From the NCBI GenBank assembly GCA_045535455.1, contig JAZSLQ010000125.1, positions 1,894 through 65,893 on the forward strand: a stretch of DNA of 64,000 nt, read 5' to 3'. The DNA is from Kiritimatiellia bacterium. GTDB lineage: Bacteria; Verrucomicrobiota; Kiritimatiellia; RFP12; UBA1067. Below are positions 46,439 through 56,339 of the stretch, piece after piece (the first letter of the stretch is position 1; the number at the start of each line of letters is the position of its first letter). The notes below the pieces were generated by a model, which was given only the letters and a program-made list of their open reading frames with translations, made no database searches and was not told where the DNA came from. The position numbers and the translations under genes are program-made.

Positions 46439-47599
46439 ATGAAGATTACCGATGACATTCTCTATGTCGGCGTCAACGACCACGACGTCGATCTCTTCGA
46501 AGGCCAGTTCGAGGTTCCGCTTGGCATGGCCTACAATTCCTACGTCGTCAAGGGCGGGAAGGTCGCCGTGATGGACACAGTCGATGCGCGCTTTGGCGAC
46601 GAGTGGCTGAAGAACGTCGCGGCCGCGACCGACAAGGTCGACTATCTCGTCGTCCACCACATGGAGCCCGACCACTCCTCGAACATCGCGCGCTTTGCAG
46701 AGGCGTACCCGAATGCGAAGATCGTCTCTTCCATGCAGGCGTTCGCAATCATGAAGAACTACTTCGGCACCGATTTCGCCGACCGTCGCGTCGTCGTCAA
46801 GGAAGGCGACACGCTCGACCTCGGCGGGCACACGCTTGCGTTCGTCGGCGCTCCGATGGTGCACTGGCCCGAAGTCGTAGTCAGCTACGACACGGCGACG
46901 AAGACGCTTTTCTCCGCCGACGGCTTCGGCAAGTTCGGCGCGAACGACAAGGTCGATCCCGAGGGGTGGGACTGCGAGGCGCGTCGCTACTACTTCGGCA
47001 TCGTCGGCAAGTTCGGCATGCAGGTGCAGGCGCTTCTCAAGAAGGCGGCGACGCTCGACATCGCGCGCATCTGCCCGCTTCACGGTCCTGTGCTCCAGAC
47101 GCCAGAGGAAATTGCCCATGTCGTCAAGCAGTACCAGACCTGGAGCTCCTATGGTGTCGAGACCGAGGGTGTTTGCGTCGCCTACACTTCTGTATATGGC
47201 CACACTAAGGCCGTCGTCGAGAAGTTCTGCGAGATCCTGAAGGCGAAGGGCTGCCCCAAGGTCGCGTGCGCCGATCTCGCTCGCGACGACATGTACGAGA
47301 CGATCGAGGATGGCTTCCGCTATGGACGGCTCGTTCTCGCGACTACGACTTACAACACCGGCGTCTTCCCGAAGATGGAGGAGTACATCCGTCATCTCCT
47401 TCGGCGCAACTACCAGAACCGCAAGGTCGGTTTCATCGAGAACGGCTCGTGGGGCCCGATGGCCGCGAAGGGCATGAAGGACCTTCTCGCCGCCGCGAAG
47501 GGGCTCTCGTTCTGCGAGGCGACCGTCACGGTGAAGGGCGCGATGACGGACGACACCGTCGCGCAGCTCGAGAAGCTTGCCGACGAAATACTGAAGTAG
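46439..47599 (+). CDS. FprA-family A-type flavoprotein (flavodiiron protein: metallo-beta-lactamase plus flavodoxin domains)
   Basis: HHMEPDHSSN di-iron ligand motif. The C-terminal flavodoxin-like block is CVAYTSVYGHTKAVV. Confidence 0.85.
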   Translation: MKITDDILYVGVNDHDVDLFEGQFEVPLGMAYNSYVVKGGKVAVMDTVDARFGDEWLKNVAAATDKVDYLVVHHMEPDHSSNIARFAEAYPNAKIVSSMQAFAIMKNYFGTDFADRRVVVKEGDTLDLGGHTLAFVGAPMVHWPEVVVSYDTATKTLFSADGFGKFGANDKVDPEGWDCEARRYYFGIVGKFGMQVQALLKKAATLDIARICPLHGPVLQTPEEIAHVVKQYQTWSSYGVETEGVCVAYTSVYGHTKAVVEKFCEILKAKGCPKVACADLARDDMYETIEDGFRYGRLVLATTTYNTGVFPKMEEYIRHLLRRNYQNRKVGFIENGSWGPMAAKGMKDLLAAAKGLSFCEATVTVKGAMTDDTVAQLEKLADEILK

Positions 47600-47619
47600 G
47601 ATTAGCCGCAGCACGCGAA

Positions 47620-48816
47620 ATGAGAAACAGGGTCGCAGAGCACGTCGCAGCGCTGCCGAAGAGCGGAATAAGGAAGTTCTTCGACATCGTCGCCCAGTCG
47701 AAGGACATCGTGTCCCTCGGCGTAGGCGAGCCTGACTTCGACACGCCCTGGCACATTTCCCGCGCCGCGGTCACCTGTCTCGAAAACGGCGGCACGCACT
47801 ACACCTCAAATCTCGGAACGCCCGAGCTGAGGCAGGCGATATGCCGCTATCTCGACCGCCGCTTCTGCGCGAAGTTCGACTGGAAGTGCGAGGTGCTTGC
47901 GACGGTTGGCGTTTCCGAGGCGATAGACCTCGCGATACGCGCCATCTGCTCGCCAGGCGACGAAGTGCTCTACCACGAACCGTGCTTCGTGTCGTATGCG
48001 CCGACGATCCGCCTCGCCCATGCAGTTCCCGTCTGTGTCGAGACGCGCGTGGAGGACGAGTTCCGCCTTACCGTAGATGAACTCGAGAAGAAGGTCACGC
48101 CGAAGACTAAGGCCGTGCTCCTGAACTTCCCCTGCAATCCGACTGGCGCGACTCTTTCGCGCGACGACATGGCGGCGATCCTCGACTTCTGCGAGAAGCA
48201 CGATCTTCTTCTTCTCGCGGACGAGGTCTACTCGGAGCTCAACTACGATGTAGAGGACGGGACGGACGGGACATCCGGGACAAATGGGACATTGCCGTCT
48301 TTTGCGGCGTTTCCGGAATACCGAGATCGCGTGATTTTGCTGAACGGCTTTTCAAAGTCGTGGGCGATGACTGGCTACCGCCTCGGCTATGCGTGCGGGC
48401 CTACCGACGTCATCGACGCGATGATGAAGATTCACCAGTACGGCATAATGTCCGCGCCGACGCTTGCGCAGGCGGCGGGAGTCGAGGCGATGGATTTCGG
48501 CGACAAGGACGTCGATCGCATGCGCCGCGAATACAAGAAGCGCCGCGACTGGCTCGTTCCCGTGCTGAACGAAATGGGTCTCAAGACGCTTATGCCGAAG
48601 GGCGCGTTCTACCTTTTCGTCGATGTGCGTTCCACTGGGCTTACCGACGAGGAATTTGCGTTGAAGCTCCTCAAGGAGTTTGGCGTCGCCTGTGTTCCTG
48701 GCACCGCGTTCGGCGCGTGCGGCGCCGGGTTCGTTCGTATGTCCTATGCGACGTCGCTCGACAAGATCAAGCTTGCGGCATCGCGCATCGCGAAGATGCT
48801 TAAGTCGATTTCGTAG
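47620..48816 (+). CDS. PLP-dependent aminotransferase, class I/II (aspartate or aromatic aminotransferase-like)
   Basis: GVGEPDFDTP...NPTGA...SKSWAMTGYRLGY, including the Lys of the Schiff base. Confidence 0.85.
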   Translation: MRNRVAEHVAALPKSGIRKFFDIVAQSKDIVSLGVGEPDFDTPWHISRAAVTCLENGGTHYTSNLGTPELRQAICRYLDRRFCAKFDWKCEVLATVGVSEAIDLAIRAICSPGDEVLYHEPCFVSYAPTIRLAHAVPVCVETRVEDEFRLTVDELEKKVTPKTKAVLLNFPCNPTGATLSRDDMAAILDFCEKHDLLLLADEVYSELNYDVEDGTDGTSGTNGTLPSFAAFPEYRDRVILLNGFSKSWAMTGYRLGYACGPTDVIDAMMKIHQYGIMSAPTLAQAAGVEAMDFGDKDVDRMRREYKKRRDWLVPVLNEMGLKTLMPKGAFYLFVDVRSTGLTDEEFALKLLKEFGVACVPGTAFGACGAGFVRMSYATSLDKIKLAASRIAKMLKSIS

Positions 48817-48824
48817 GTGATGGC

Positions 48825-49463
48825 ATGCGCGGCGAACGGACAGTGCTTGTGACTGGAGGTACGAAGCGCATCGGCAAGGCGATTTCCGACGCCTTGCGCG
48901 CCGACGGATGGCGTGTCATAACGAGTTCCCACCGCGAAGACTCAGGCGCAGACATTGTCGCCGACCTTGCGGAACCGCTTGGTGCAGCAAAACTATACTC
49001 TGCGTGTCTGCGGATGCTTGGCGGCAACCCGCCTGATGCGCTCGTCAACAACGCGGCGCTTTTCGTCGGCGACGACGCGACGCTTGAGGCAGTAAATTTC
49101 GAGGCGCCGCGCAAACTCACGACCTTGATGGCGGGGCGGGAGACTGGGCGTGGCGCGGTAGTGAACATTCTCGACTGCCGCGTGCTTGGCAATGTCGAGC
49201 CGCGCGATGCATACGAAAGGTCGAAGCGCGAGCTCCTTGAGAACACGACGAAATCCGCGGCGCTTTTTGCCGATACGATTCGAGTAAACGCCATCGCTCC
49301 CGGCCCTGTGCTTGCGCCGGAGGACGTGAGCGAGAAAGCGGGCGAGATGCCGCTTGGAAGGCCTCGTCTTGAAGACGTCGCTCGCGCAGTCGTCTTTCTT
49401 CTCGAGGCGAACGCCACAACCGGCTGCATCATTCCCGTCGACGGCGGGCAATCGATCTTATAG
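48825..49463 (+). CDS. SDR-family oxidoreductase, short form
   Basis: TVLVTGGTKRIGKAI is the Rossmann motif. NAIAPGPV lies near the catalytic region. Confidence 0.7.
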   Translation: MRGERTVLVTGGTKRIGKAISDALRADGWRVITSSHREDSGADIVADLAEPLGAAKLYSACLRMLGGNPPDALVNNAALFVGDDATLEAVNFEAPRKLTTLMAGRETGRGAVVNILDCRVLGNVEPRDAYERSKRELLENTTKSAALFADTIRVNAIAPGPVLAPEDVSEKAGEMPLGRPRLEDVARAVVFLLEANATTGCIIPVDGGQSIL

Positions 49464-49500
49464 AACGCGGCTCTGCGGAACAATTGGAAATACTTGAGTC

Positions 49501-50067
49501 ATGAAAGAACTGAGATATCCATTTGACGAGAAGAAGATTCGTTCGCTGAAGGCGGGCGATTCCGTTAGCATCTCCGGCATTGTCCATACTGGGCGCGACA
49601 AGTTCCACAAGTTCTTCGCGGACGGCGGGAAGATTCCCGTCGATTTTCACGACGGTGCGCTCTACCACTGCGGGCCGGTTTGCGTCAAGCGCGAGGACGG
49701 CTGGACGGTTGTCTCGGCAGGTCCGACGACGAGCGTCAGGGAAAATCCATACGAGCCCGCTTTCATAAAGTCGTCTGGCGTCCGCATCATCATCGGGAAG
49801 GGTGGCATGGACGACGCGACTCTAGCCGCCATGAAGAAGTGCGGTTGCGTCTATGTGCAGGCAGTTGGCGGCGCGGGCGCGCTTTACGCCGCTTCGGTGA
49901 AGAAGGTCGCCGGCGTTGACCTTCTCGACAAGTTTGGCGCAGCCGAGGCGTGCTGGCATTTCGAGGTGGAGGGCTTTCGCGGCGTAGTCGCGATGGACGC
50001 GCATGGAAATTCGCTTTTCGACAAGGTTGCCGCTGCCGCAGACAAGCAACTTAAGAAGATTCTCTGA
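49501..50067 (+). CDS. Fe-S hydro-lyase beta subunit (class I fumarate hydratase / L(+)-tartrate dehydratase beta, FumB-C/TtdB-like)
   Basis: ISGIVHTGRDKFHKFF...GALYHCGP...IIGKGGM is the conserved beta-subunit pattern. No alpha subunit gene is adjacent. Confidence 0.7.
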   Translation: MKELRYPFDEKKIRSLKAGDSVSISGIVHTGRDKFHKFFADGGKIPVDFHDGALYHCGPVCVKREDGWTVVSAGPTTSVRENPYEPAFIKSSGVRIIIGKGGMDDATLAAMKKCGCVYVQAVGGAGALYAASVKKVAGVDLLDKFGAAEACWHFEVEGFRGVVAMDAHGNSLFDKVAAAADKQLKKIL

Positions 50068-50220
50068 TATTTACGTTGGCCGTGTAGGGAGATTCTACAT
50101 GTTCTGCGGGGTTTTAACGCAGAGACGCGTAACCGCCGCGCAAGCGGGGCTCGCGATTTGTAGCGAGCCAAGCCGAGCAGAGCGAGTGCCGAGAGGCGCG
50201 AAGTACGCAGAGGGGTGTTT

Positions 50221-50958
50221 TCAAGCTTTGGCTTTGTGCTCAACATCTTGGATGACGAGTCCTGCGAGCGCGAAGCCGAAGATCGCCGTTATGTGCGCGA
50301 CCGTTCCGTTGACGCGCTTCTTTGATTCGCTGTCGTTGTCCGCCGGTCCAAGGTTCTCGCGGCGTTCCGGACTCCACACGCATTTGAATTTTCGCGTTGG
50401 CATGCCGCCGGTCTTCTTGAACTTGGTGCGGAGCGCACGCGCAAGGCCGTCGCCTTCGACCTTGCGGAACTCCGTCGCGCGGATCTGGAAGGGGTCGATC
50501 TTCAGCGCCGCGCCCATCGAGGAGAAGAGCGTCGCCGATGGGATCGATAGCGCGTGGCGTATAAGCGCCGCTTTGCAGTCGAGGGAGTCTATCGCGTCGA
50601 TTACGTAGTCGTATTCGTCCAGCGCGAACTCCCCGGCTGTCTCGGACGAGTATATCTGCTGGCGCACATCAAGCTCGACGAGGGGGTTGATCTCCTTTAG
50701 ACGCGTTGCGAGGACATCCGCCTTGACCTGCCCCGCGGTCTTCGTCGTGGCCATCAGCTGCCGGTTCACGTTCGTGATGCAGACGCGGTCGGAGTCCACG
50801 AGGAGCAGTTTCCCGATGCCTGACCTGACGAGCGACTCGGCGCACCAGCTGCCCACGCCGCCGAGCCCGAATACAGCGACTTTCGTGCGCGCGAGCGCTT
50901 CAAGCGCCGTGGTGCCGAGCATAAGCTCCGTTCGGCTGAATATGGCCGGATGGTTCAT
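50221..50958 (-). CDS. tcdA: tRNA threonylcarbamoyladenosine dehydratase (ThiF/E1-like)
   Basis: VFGLGGVGSWCAESLVRSGIGKLLLVDSDRVCITNVNRQ and YVIDAIDS match E. coli TcdA. Start set at the internal ATG (MNHPAIF). Confidence 0.8.
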   Translation of the reverse strand: MNHPAIFSRTELMLGTTALEALARTKVAVFGLGGVGSWCAESLVRSGIGKLLLVDSDRVCITNVNRQLMATTKTAGQVKADVLATRLKEINPLVELDVRQQIYSSETAGEFALDEYDYVIDAIDSLDCKAALIRHALSIPSATLFSSMGAALKIDPFQIRATEFRKVEGDGLARALRTKFKKTGGMPTRKFKCVWSPERRENLGPADNDSESKKRVNGTVAHITAIFGFALAGLVIQDVEHKAKA

Positions 50959-51037
50959 CTGCGATTTAGCGGGGCCGGCATTCGCCGGCCCCGCCGTATT
51001 CGGGACGGCAACAGCGCGTCCCGTCTTGGATTCGTCC

Positions 51038-51253
51038 TTACTTCGCGAGCGAATCGACGGCCTTGCCGGCTTCGTCTGCGGCCTTGTTGGCAGCTTTGTC
51101 CGCGTCCTTTGCGGCCTTGTCGGCGGCCTTCGAGAGGTCCTTGCCGGCCTGCTCCATCTTTTCGGAGAGCGTAGGCTCCTTCTTCTCGCATCCGGTGAAG
51201 AGGACGGAGGAAGCGAGAGCGGCCGCGACTGCGGCGACATACATGCACTTCAT
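51038..51253 (-). CDS. small Lys/Ala-rich lipoprotein
   Basis: Signal peptide with lipobox LFTGC, followed by a repetitive helical AADKAAKDADKAANKAADEAGKA segment. Confidence 0.55.
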   Translation of the reverse strand: MKCMYVAAVAAALASSVLFTGCEKKEPTLSEKMEQAGKDLSKAADKAAKDADKAANKAADEAGKAVDSLAK

Positions 51254-51350
51254 TTTTGTTTTCCTTTCGATTGCGAGCCGTGGCGGACACTGTGTCCGTT
51301 CCGTGCAGGCGCGAGTATTATACCATATTCCGGCCCCGGCTTTCCCGCCG

Positions 51351-52484
51351 CTATGCTTCCCGTTTCCCTTCCTTTGCCGACTGGCGGCGGTATTCGCGCA
51401 TGGTCATGCCGGTTCGCTTCAGGAAGAACCGCTTTGCGTATCCGTCCGATTCGTATCCGCTGCGCTCCACCACCATCGCGATGGGAAGTGTGCTGCTCGA
51501 CAGGAGTTCGCGCATTTTCTGTAGACGTATTTCATGGATTTCGTCTAGGATTGAACGGCCCGTTTCCTTTCTGAACCGGCTTGTCGCAAGCGCGCGCGAG
51601 CAGTTCATTTCGGCGGCGATGGCGTCAATGGAAAGTCCTGGCTCGCAGGCGTGGCGCCTGATGAACTCGCGCGCACGGCGCACACGTGCGCTGACTCCCG
51701 GAGTTGTGTCCGTGGAGCCGCGACGCACGATGCGCAGCGGGCCATAGTATTCGGTGCGTACGCTTGTGCCGTTGTCGATTTCCTCCGCGAGCATCTGGGC
51801 CATGCGCCATCCGGCGCCCTCGAAGTCGGGTTCGACGCTCGTGATGCCGGGTTTCACGGCCTCGCAGTACGCCTCGTCGTTGTCGATTCCGACGATGCGC
51901 ACTTCATCGGGCACTGAAAGCCCCACCTTTGTCGCTGCGTTATATGCCTCCATGGCGCAATAGTCGTTCGCACCGAGTATGCCACACGGTTTAGGCAAAT
52001 CCCTTAGTGTCTCTTCGAGAGACGCGAGCGCCAACGTGACAAGCGTCTGCCCGGCAGCGGCAGTATCGGACTTGAAGCGTTTAAAGCGCGCCTTGTCCCA
52101 GTGAATGCCCTTGCCTGTGCCGAGGTAGGCGTAGGATTTGCATTTGCACCTCAGGAGGTCCTTGACGGCCAATGCCGCGGAAGCGGCGGAATCGTGCAGA
52201 AGGCACGGATGTTCCTTCGACGGCATCTCGGGGTTCTGGTCGAGGTATATGGTCGGGATTCCCCTGAAGACGTTGTCGGGCGCGCTCGCCGTGCGCATTG
52301 CGCGATCCACAAGACAGCCGATGGGAGCCCATGTTTTCAGTGCTCGGCGGATATCCGAGGTGGTCGCGAATCGCTCCACGACCTGCACGAACCAGTCGCG
52401 CTCCTGTGCAAAGCGGTGGACGCCCGAGAGCTTCTGTAGCCAGCTCTTACGTGTTGTGGACTGGAAGAAAAGTACTGTTTTCAT
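51351..52484 (-). CDS. AraC/XylR-family transcriptional regulator with an N-terminal periplasmic-binding-protein-like sugar-sensing domain
   Basis: The C-terminal AraC HTH pair (GLSIDAIAAEMNCSRALATSRFRKETG...MREYR) and an N-terminal LacI/PBP-like fold. Divergent from the DUF5107/TPR gene. Confidence 0.8.
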   Translation of the reverse strand: MKTVLFFQSTTRKSWLQKLSGVHRFAQERDWFVQVVERFATTSDIRRALKTWAPIGCLVDRAMRTASAPDNVFRGIPTIYLDQNPEMPSKEHPCLLHDSAASAALAVKDLLRCKCKSYAYLGTGKGIHWDKARFKRFKSDTAAAGQTLVTLALASLEETLRDLPKPCGILGANDYCAMEAYNAATKVGLSVPDEVRIVGIDNDEAYCEAVKPGITSVEPDFEGAGWRMAQMLAEEIDNGTSVRTEYYGPLRIVRRGSTDTTPGVSARVRRAREFIRRHACEPGLSIDAIAAEMNCSRALATSRFRKETGRSILDEIHEIRLQKMRELLSSSTLPIAMVVERSGYESDGYAKRFFLKRTGMTMREYRRQSAKEGKREA

Positions 52485-52508
52485 TGTGAGTATAGCATAT
52501 CATAATCC

Positions 52509-52538
52509 TGTCCGATTGACTATGTTTTATTTGTCCTA
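52509..52538 (+). promoter_or_regulatory. conserved 30-bp cis-element TGTCCGATTGACTATGTTTTATTTGTCCTA, a candidate AraC/XylR operator
   Basis: A near-identical copy is at 58569-58598. It contains TGTCC half-sites 22 bp apart and sits about 30 bp upstream of the -10 element. Confidence 0.5.
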
Positions 52539-52564
52539 TGGGATAACACATCGAGCAGGCGTCT

Positions 52565-52573
52565 TGGTACAAT
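52565..52573 (+). promoter_or_regulatory. extended -10 promoter TGGTACAAT, near-leaderless
   Basis: Located 12 nt upstream of the ATG at 52585. Confidence 0.4.
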
Positions 52574-52584
52574 TATGGCCAGAT

Positions 52585-55500
52585 ATGAAAGCGAAGAACA
52601 GTCTGATAATTGCGATCCTTGCATCATCCGCTTTGGCATCCGCCTACGCTGGCGAGGTGTTGATGAACGAAGACACGATCGTCCTTCCGACGTATGCGCC
52701 CGGCGGATACGACAAGACGCCGCTTTTCTATACCGGGCGCGTCTACCAGGGCGCGCAGGGGCGCGTCTACCCGTATCCGATGCAGGACGTCCTGCACGAC
52801 GAGAAGTTCGACGAGACGTACAAGTACCTGACGCTCGAGAACGACTGGCTCCAGATGGGGCTTCTACCCGAGCACGGCGGGCACCTCCTCAACTTCACCG
52901 ACAAGGCGACCGGATTCGAGACGTTCTACCGCCAGCATGTCATAAAGCCCGCGCTCATCGGAATGCTCGGCGCGTGGATATCCGGCGGCGTCGAATGGAA
53001 CTTCCCGCACCACCACCGCGCGACGACGGCGATGCCCATCGACTGGCGAGCGGTCGAGAACGCGGACGGATCGAAGACGATCTGGATCGGCGAGACAGAG
53101 CTCAGGCGCCGCCTCAAGTGGACGATAGGTCTTTCGCTCCTCCCCGACCGCGCCGTGTTGAAAGCGGAGAACGTCTTCATGAACCGCCAGCCGTGGATCG
53201 AGTCGATGATCTACTGGGCAAACGTGTCCGTCCACTGTGGCGACGACTACCAGATTCTCTTTCCGCCTTCGATGCACCTCGGCTTCGACCACCACAAGAA
53301 CTACTGGACGAGCTTCCCGATCGGACCGAGGAAGGAGGAAGTCGAGCTCCTTCCGTCGCAACGCTCGAAATACGCGAACGACATCTCCGGCACGATGGAC
53401 CTCAGCTGGTGGAAGAACTTCACCATTGAATCGCGCTCCATCTTCGGCATGGATCCCGACAACTCCTTCATGGCCGGATACGACCACAAGAAACAGTGCG
53501 GTACGGCGCACGTCTCGAACAGGCACATCACCGTCGGCAAGAAGTTCTTCCTCTGGGGCAACTTCCCCGAGGCGCACGTGTGGGACAAGGTGCTTACGGA
53601 CAATGACGGACCGTATCTCGAGCTGATGGTCGGATGCTGGTCCGACAACCAGCCCGACTATTCGTGGATAGCGCCCTACGAGACGCGCAAGGTCGAGCAG
53701 TTCTGGTTCCCGGTGAAGGGGATTGGCGGCATCAAGAACGTGACGATTGACGGTGCGGTGAACGTCGACCGCCTTTCGGATGACAAGATGCTAGTCGGTT
53801 TCCACTCAACGCGCGTGCTAAAGGGGTGTACGATTACTCTCTTCAAGGATCGCGAGGCGGTCTTCGCCGAGAAGGGCGTCGCCATTGATCCGAATAGACC
53901 ATGGTGCAAGACTGTCGCCGTCGAGAATGGTGTTGCCGATCAGCGTTACACGGCTACAATCGCCGATGCTTCAGGCAAGGTATTCCTCTCCTACACGCCC
54001 GTTCCGCCGCAGGGAGACGTGGAACTGCCGCCGAAGGTGGAGAATCCGAAAGAGCCGAAGGAATACACGAGCGCCGAGCTCGCCTACGAGGTCGGTCTTC
54101 GCCTCGATCAGTTCCAGAACGGGCTCATCGATCCCGAGCCATACTACAAGAGGGCGCTCGAGATTGACCCAGACTATTCGAAGCCGAATCTTGCGATGGG
54201 CGTACGGCTGGCGAAGAACGGAAGCTACGTCGAGGCGAAGCCGTATCTAGAGAGGGCAGTTGCGCGCGCAACGCAGAACCACACGCGTGCGCTCGACGCC
54301 GCGCCGGAGTACTACCTCGCGCTCGTGGAGCGATATCTCGGCAACCTGAAGCGAGCGGAAGACCTCTTCTGGCGCTGCACCTGGCGGCTTACGCACAAGA
54401 AGGAGTCGTATGTCGAACTTGCCAGAATTGCCGCGCTCAAGGGCGACTGGACTGAGGCGCTTGCGCGAATTGACGATGCGCTTACGCTTGGGTCTGACGA
54501 GGCAAAGCTCTGGACGATGAAGGGGATATTCCTTCGGAAGTTGAAAGTTGAAAGTGAAAAGTGTAAAGTTGGGGATTCATACGGCAACTCTAAACTTTCA
54601 ACTTTAAACTTTAAACTTGCGCTCGACAGAGCGCAACAGTGCGATCCGCTGGAATATTGGGCGGTCGTGGAGCGCGACGGTTTTGCCGCGGCCGAGAAGA
54701 ATCGCGGGCTCAAGGCGCAGCAGCTTCTGGAGTGCATCAGTGACTACTGGGGAATCGGCTGCTATGACGAGGTGATCGCGCTCTGCGACGCCGCGCTTGC
54801 GAAAGCCGCCACAGAGAAGCCCTACGCTACCGAGGGCGCGCTTCCGCTCAAGGACACCATCGCCGCGTGCGACAGCTACAAGAACGCGCTCTTCGGCTAC
54901 TTCAAAGGAGCGGCGATTGAAAAGTTGAAAGTTGAAAGTGAAAAGTGTAAAGTTGAAAGGAGTGTCGACAGCAACTTTAAACTTTCCACTTTAAACTTTA
55001 AACTCGCGCAAGCGGCGTTTGCCGCCGCTGCCGCGATGCCGACGGACTACTGCTTCCCGAACCGGCTCGAAGAGGAAGAGGTTCTGAAGATCGCAGCGGT
55101 CGCCGCGCCCGAACTCGCGAACACATGGTACTACCTCGGATGCTGCGAGTGGAACCATGACCGCAAGGACGCGGGACTCTCCGACTGGAAGAAGTGCGTA
55201 GAGCTGATGCCGGAGCACGCGCTCGCTTTGCGCTGCATCGGCTTCGCTCTTTCGCATCCCGGGACGTACTTCACGAACACCGGTATTCCGTCCGGCGTGC
55301 CGAGCAAGGAAGCATACGAATACTACCTCAAGTCGCTTGCCGCCGATCCCGGCAACTTCCGCACGCTCGACGAGGCGGGCAAGCTCGCGGAGAAGCTGAA
55401 GCTCCCGGCGGCGGAACGCCTTGCGCTGATGGAGAAATATCGCGCGACGGTCGACAAGTACGATCCGTGCATTCTGCGATATGCCTACACCTTGAACGCA

Positions 55501-56127
55501 GTCGGGCGTTTCGCCGAGGCGCACGAGATACTCACAACGCGCCGCTTCCACGTATGGGAAGGAGCGGACGGACTTCTCGCGCCATTCGTCGAGTCCTGCA
55601 TCGGCCTCGGGCTCAAGGCTATGGAGGACGGCAGGGCGCTCTCGACGAGAGCGCCGGACGGCGGTTTCATCGAAACCGCCCTACCGGATGCGGCTGCCGG
55701 GAAATACCGTCTCGCTTTGGCGTATTTCGAGGAGTCGACGACTTATCCCGAAAACCTCCAGGCGGGGCGTCCGGGCGACGCAGGCACCGAGCCGAAGAGC
55801 CGCTACTTCATGGCTCAGTGCAAGAAGGCGCTGGGCGACGAGGCGGGATACCGCGCGGAGCTCGAAAACTCCCTCAAGGGATGGATCCATGCGGGCGAGA
55901 TGGACTACTGGCGCGTCAAGGCCCTGCGCGAACTCGGACGAGACGCCGAGACCGCTCCTCTCATCGCGGAAATGAAACAGGCGATAAAGGAGCTTGAGAC
56001 GCCGCAGCCCGTCGTCATCAACGCATACGCGAAGTTCGCGGGCGACAATTCTGCGATGGAGCGCGCGGCCAAGGCCCGCGAAAAGGCCGGCTTCCTCCGT
56101 TCGCTCCTCTCCGAGATCGACAGGTAG
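52585..56127 (+). CDS. large exported protein with a DUF5107-like N-terminal domain and C-terminal TPR repeats, carrying two in-frame hairpin-repeat insertions
   Basis: Signal peptide MKAKNSLIIAILASSALASAYA. The conserved N-terminal 500 aa or so is followed by TPR-like helical repeats. The low-complexity KLKVESEKCKV...KLSTLNFKL segments appear twice. Confidence 0.65.
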   Translation: MKAKNSLIIAILASSALASAYAGEVLMNEDTIVLPTYAPGGYDKTPLFYTGRVYQGAQGRVYPYPMQDVLHDEKFDETYKYLTLENDWLQMGLLPEHGGHLLNFTDKATGFETFYRQHVIKPALIGMLGAWISGGVEWNFPHHHRATTAMPIDWRAVENADGSKTIWIGETELRRRLKWTIGLSLLPDRAVLKAENVFMNRQPWIESMIYWANVSVHCGDDYQILFPPSMHLGFDHHKNYWTSFPIGPRKEEVELLPSQRSKYANDISGTMDLSWWKNFTIESRSIFGMDPDNSFMAGYDHKKQCGTAHVSNRHITVGKKFFLWGNFPEAHVWDKVLTDNDGPYLELMVGCWSDNQPDYSWIAPYETRKVEQFWFPVKGIGGIKNVTIDGAVNVDRLSDDKMLVGFHSTRVLKGCTITLFKDREAVFAEKGVAIDPNRPWCKTVAVENGVADQRYTATIADASGKVFLSYTPVPPQGDVELPPKVENPKEPKEYTSAELAYEVGLRLDQFQNGLIDPEPYYKRALEIDPDYSKPNLAMGVRLAKNGSYVEAKPYLERAVARATQNHTRALDAAPEYYLALVERYLGNLKRAEDLFWRCTWRLTHKKESYVELARIAALKGDWTEALARIDDALTLGSDEAKLWTMKGIFLRKLKVESEKCKVGDSYGNSKLSTLNFKLALDRAQQCDPLEYWAVVERDGFAAAEKNRGLKAQQLLECISDYWGIGCYDEVIALCDAALAKAATEKPYATEGALPLKDTIAACDSYKNALFGYFKGAAIEKLKVESEKCKVERSVDSNFKLSTLNFKLAQAAFAAAAAMPTDYCFPNRLEEEEVLKIAAVAAPELANTWYYLGCCEWNHDRKDAGLSDWKKCVELMPEHALALRCIGFALSHPGTYFTNTGIPSGVPSKEAYEYYLKSLAADPGNFRTLDEAGKLAEKLKLPAAERLALMEKYRATVDKYDPCILRYAYTLNAVGRFAEAHEILTTRRFHVWEGADGLLAPFVESCIGLGLKAMEDGRALSTRAPDGGFIETALPDAAAGKYRLALAYFEESTTYPENLQAGRPGDAGTEPKSRYFMAQCKKALGDEAGYRAELENSLKGWIHAGEMDYWRVKALRELGRDAETAPLIAEMKQAIKELETPQPVVINAYAKFAGDNSAMERAAKAREKAGFLRSLLSEIDR
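54541..54619 (+). repeat. inverted pair of heptamer arrays (GAAAGTT-type arm, 16-nt spacer, AACTTTM-type arm), a hairpin-forming element inside a CDS
   Basis: tgaaagt tgaaagt gaaaagt gtaaagt then the spacer, then aactcta aactttc aacttta aacttta aacttgc. Confidence 0.9.
54918..55007 (+). repeat. second inverted pair of heptamer arrays inside the same CDS
   Basis: Six forward units (tgaaaag ttgaaag ...) then a 13-nt spacer, then five reverse units (aacttta aactttc ...). Confidence 0.9.
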
Positions 56128-56320
56128 CTCGTCGGATTATAGTACCATGCTCGCCGCTTGCGGAGAGTGTGACGCCTTTTTGGCTACATGGCTGAAGCAG
56201 TCCTGGGCACAAGGGTCGTATGTTCGCATATTTGTGCCCGAACTTATTGGTGAAACGGGCACAAGTTTTGATTTGTTGTAAAGTTGTGCCCATTTACTAT
56301 TGACCAAATGCACAATTAAA

Positions 56321-56329
56321 TGATATAAT
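56321..56329 (+). promoter_or_regulatory. extended -10 promoter TGATATAAT
   Basis: Located upstream of the ATPase gene, with a GGAG at 56332-56335. Confidence 0.4.
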
Positions 56330-56339
56330 TTGCCCAAAA

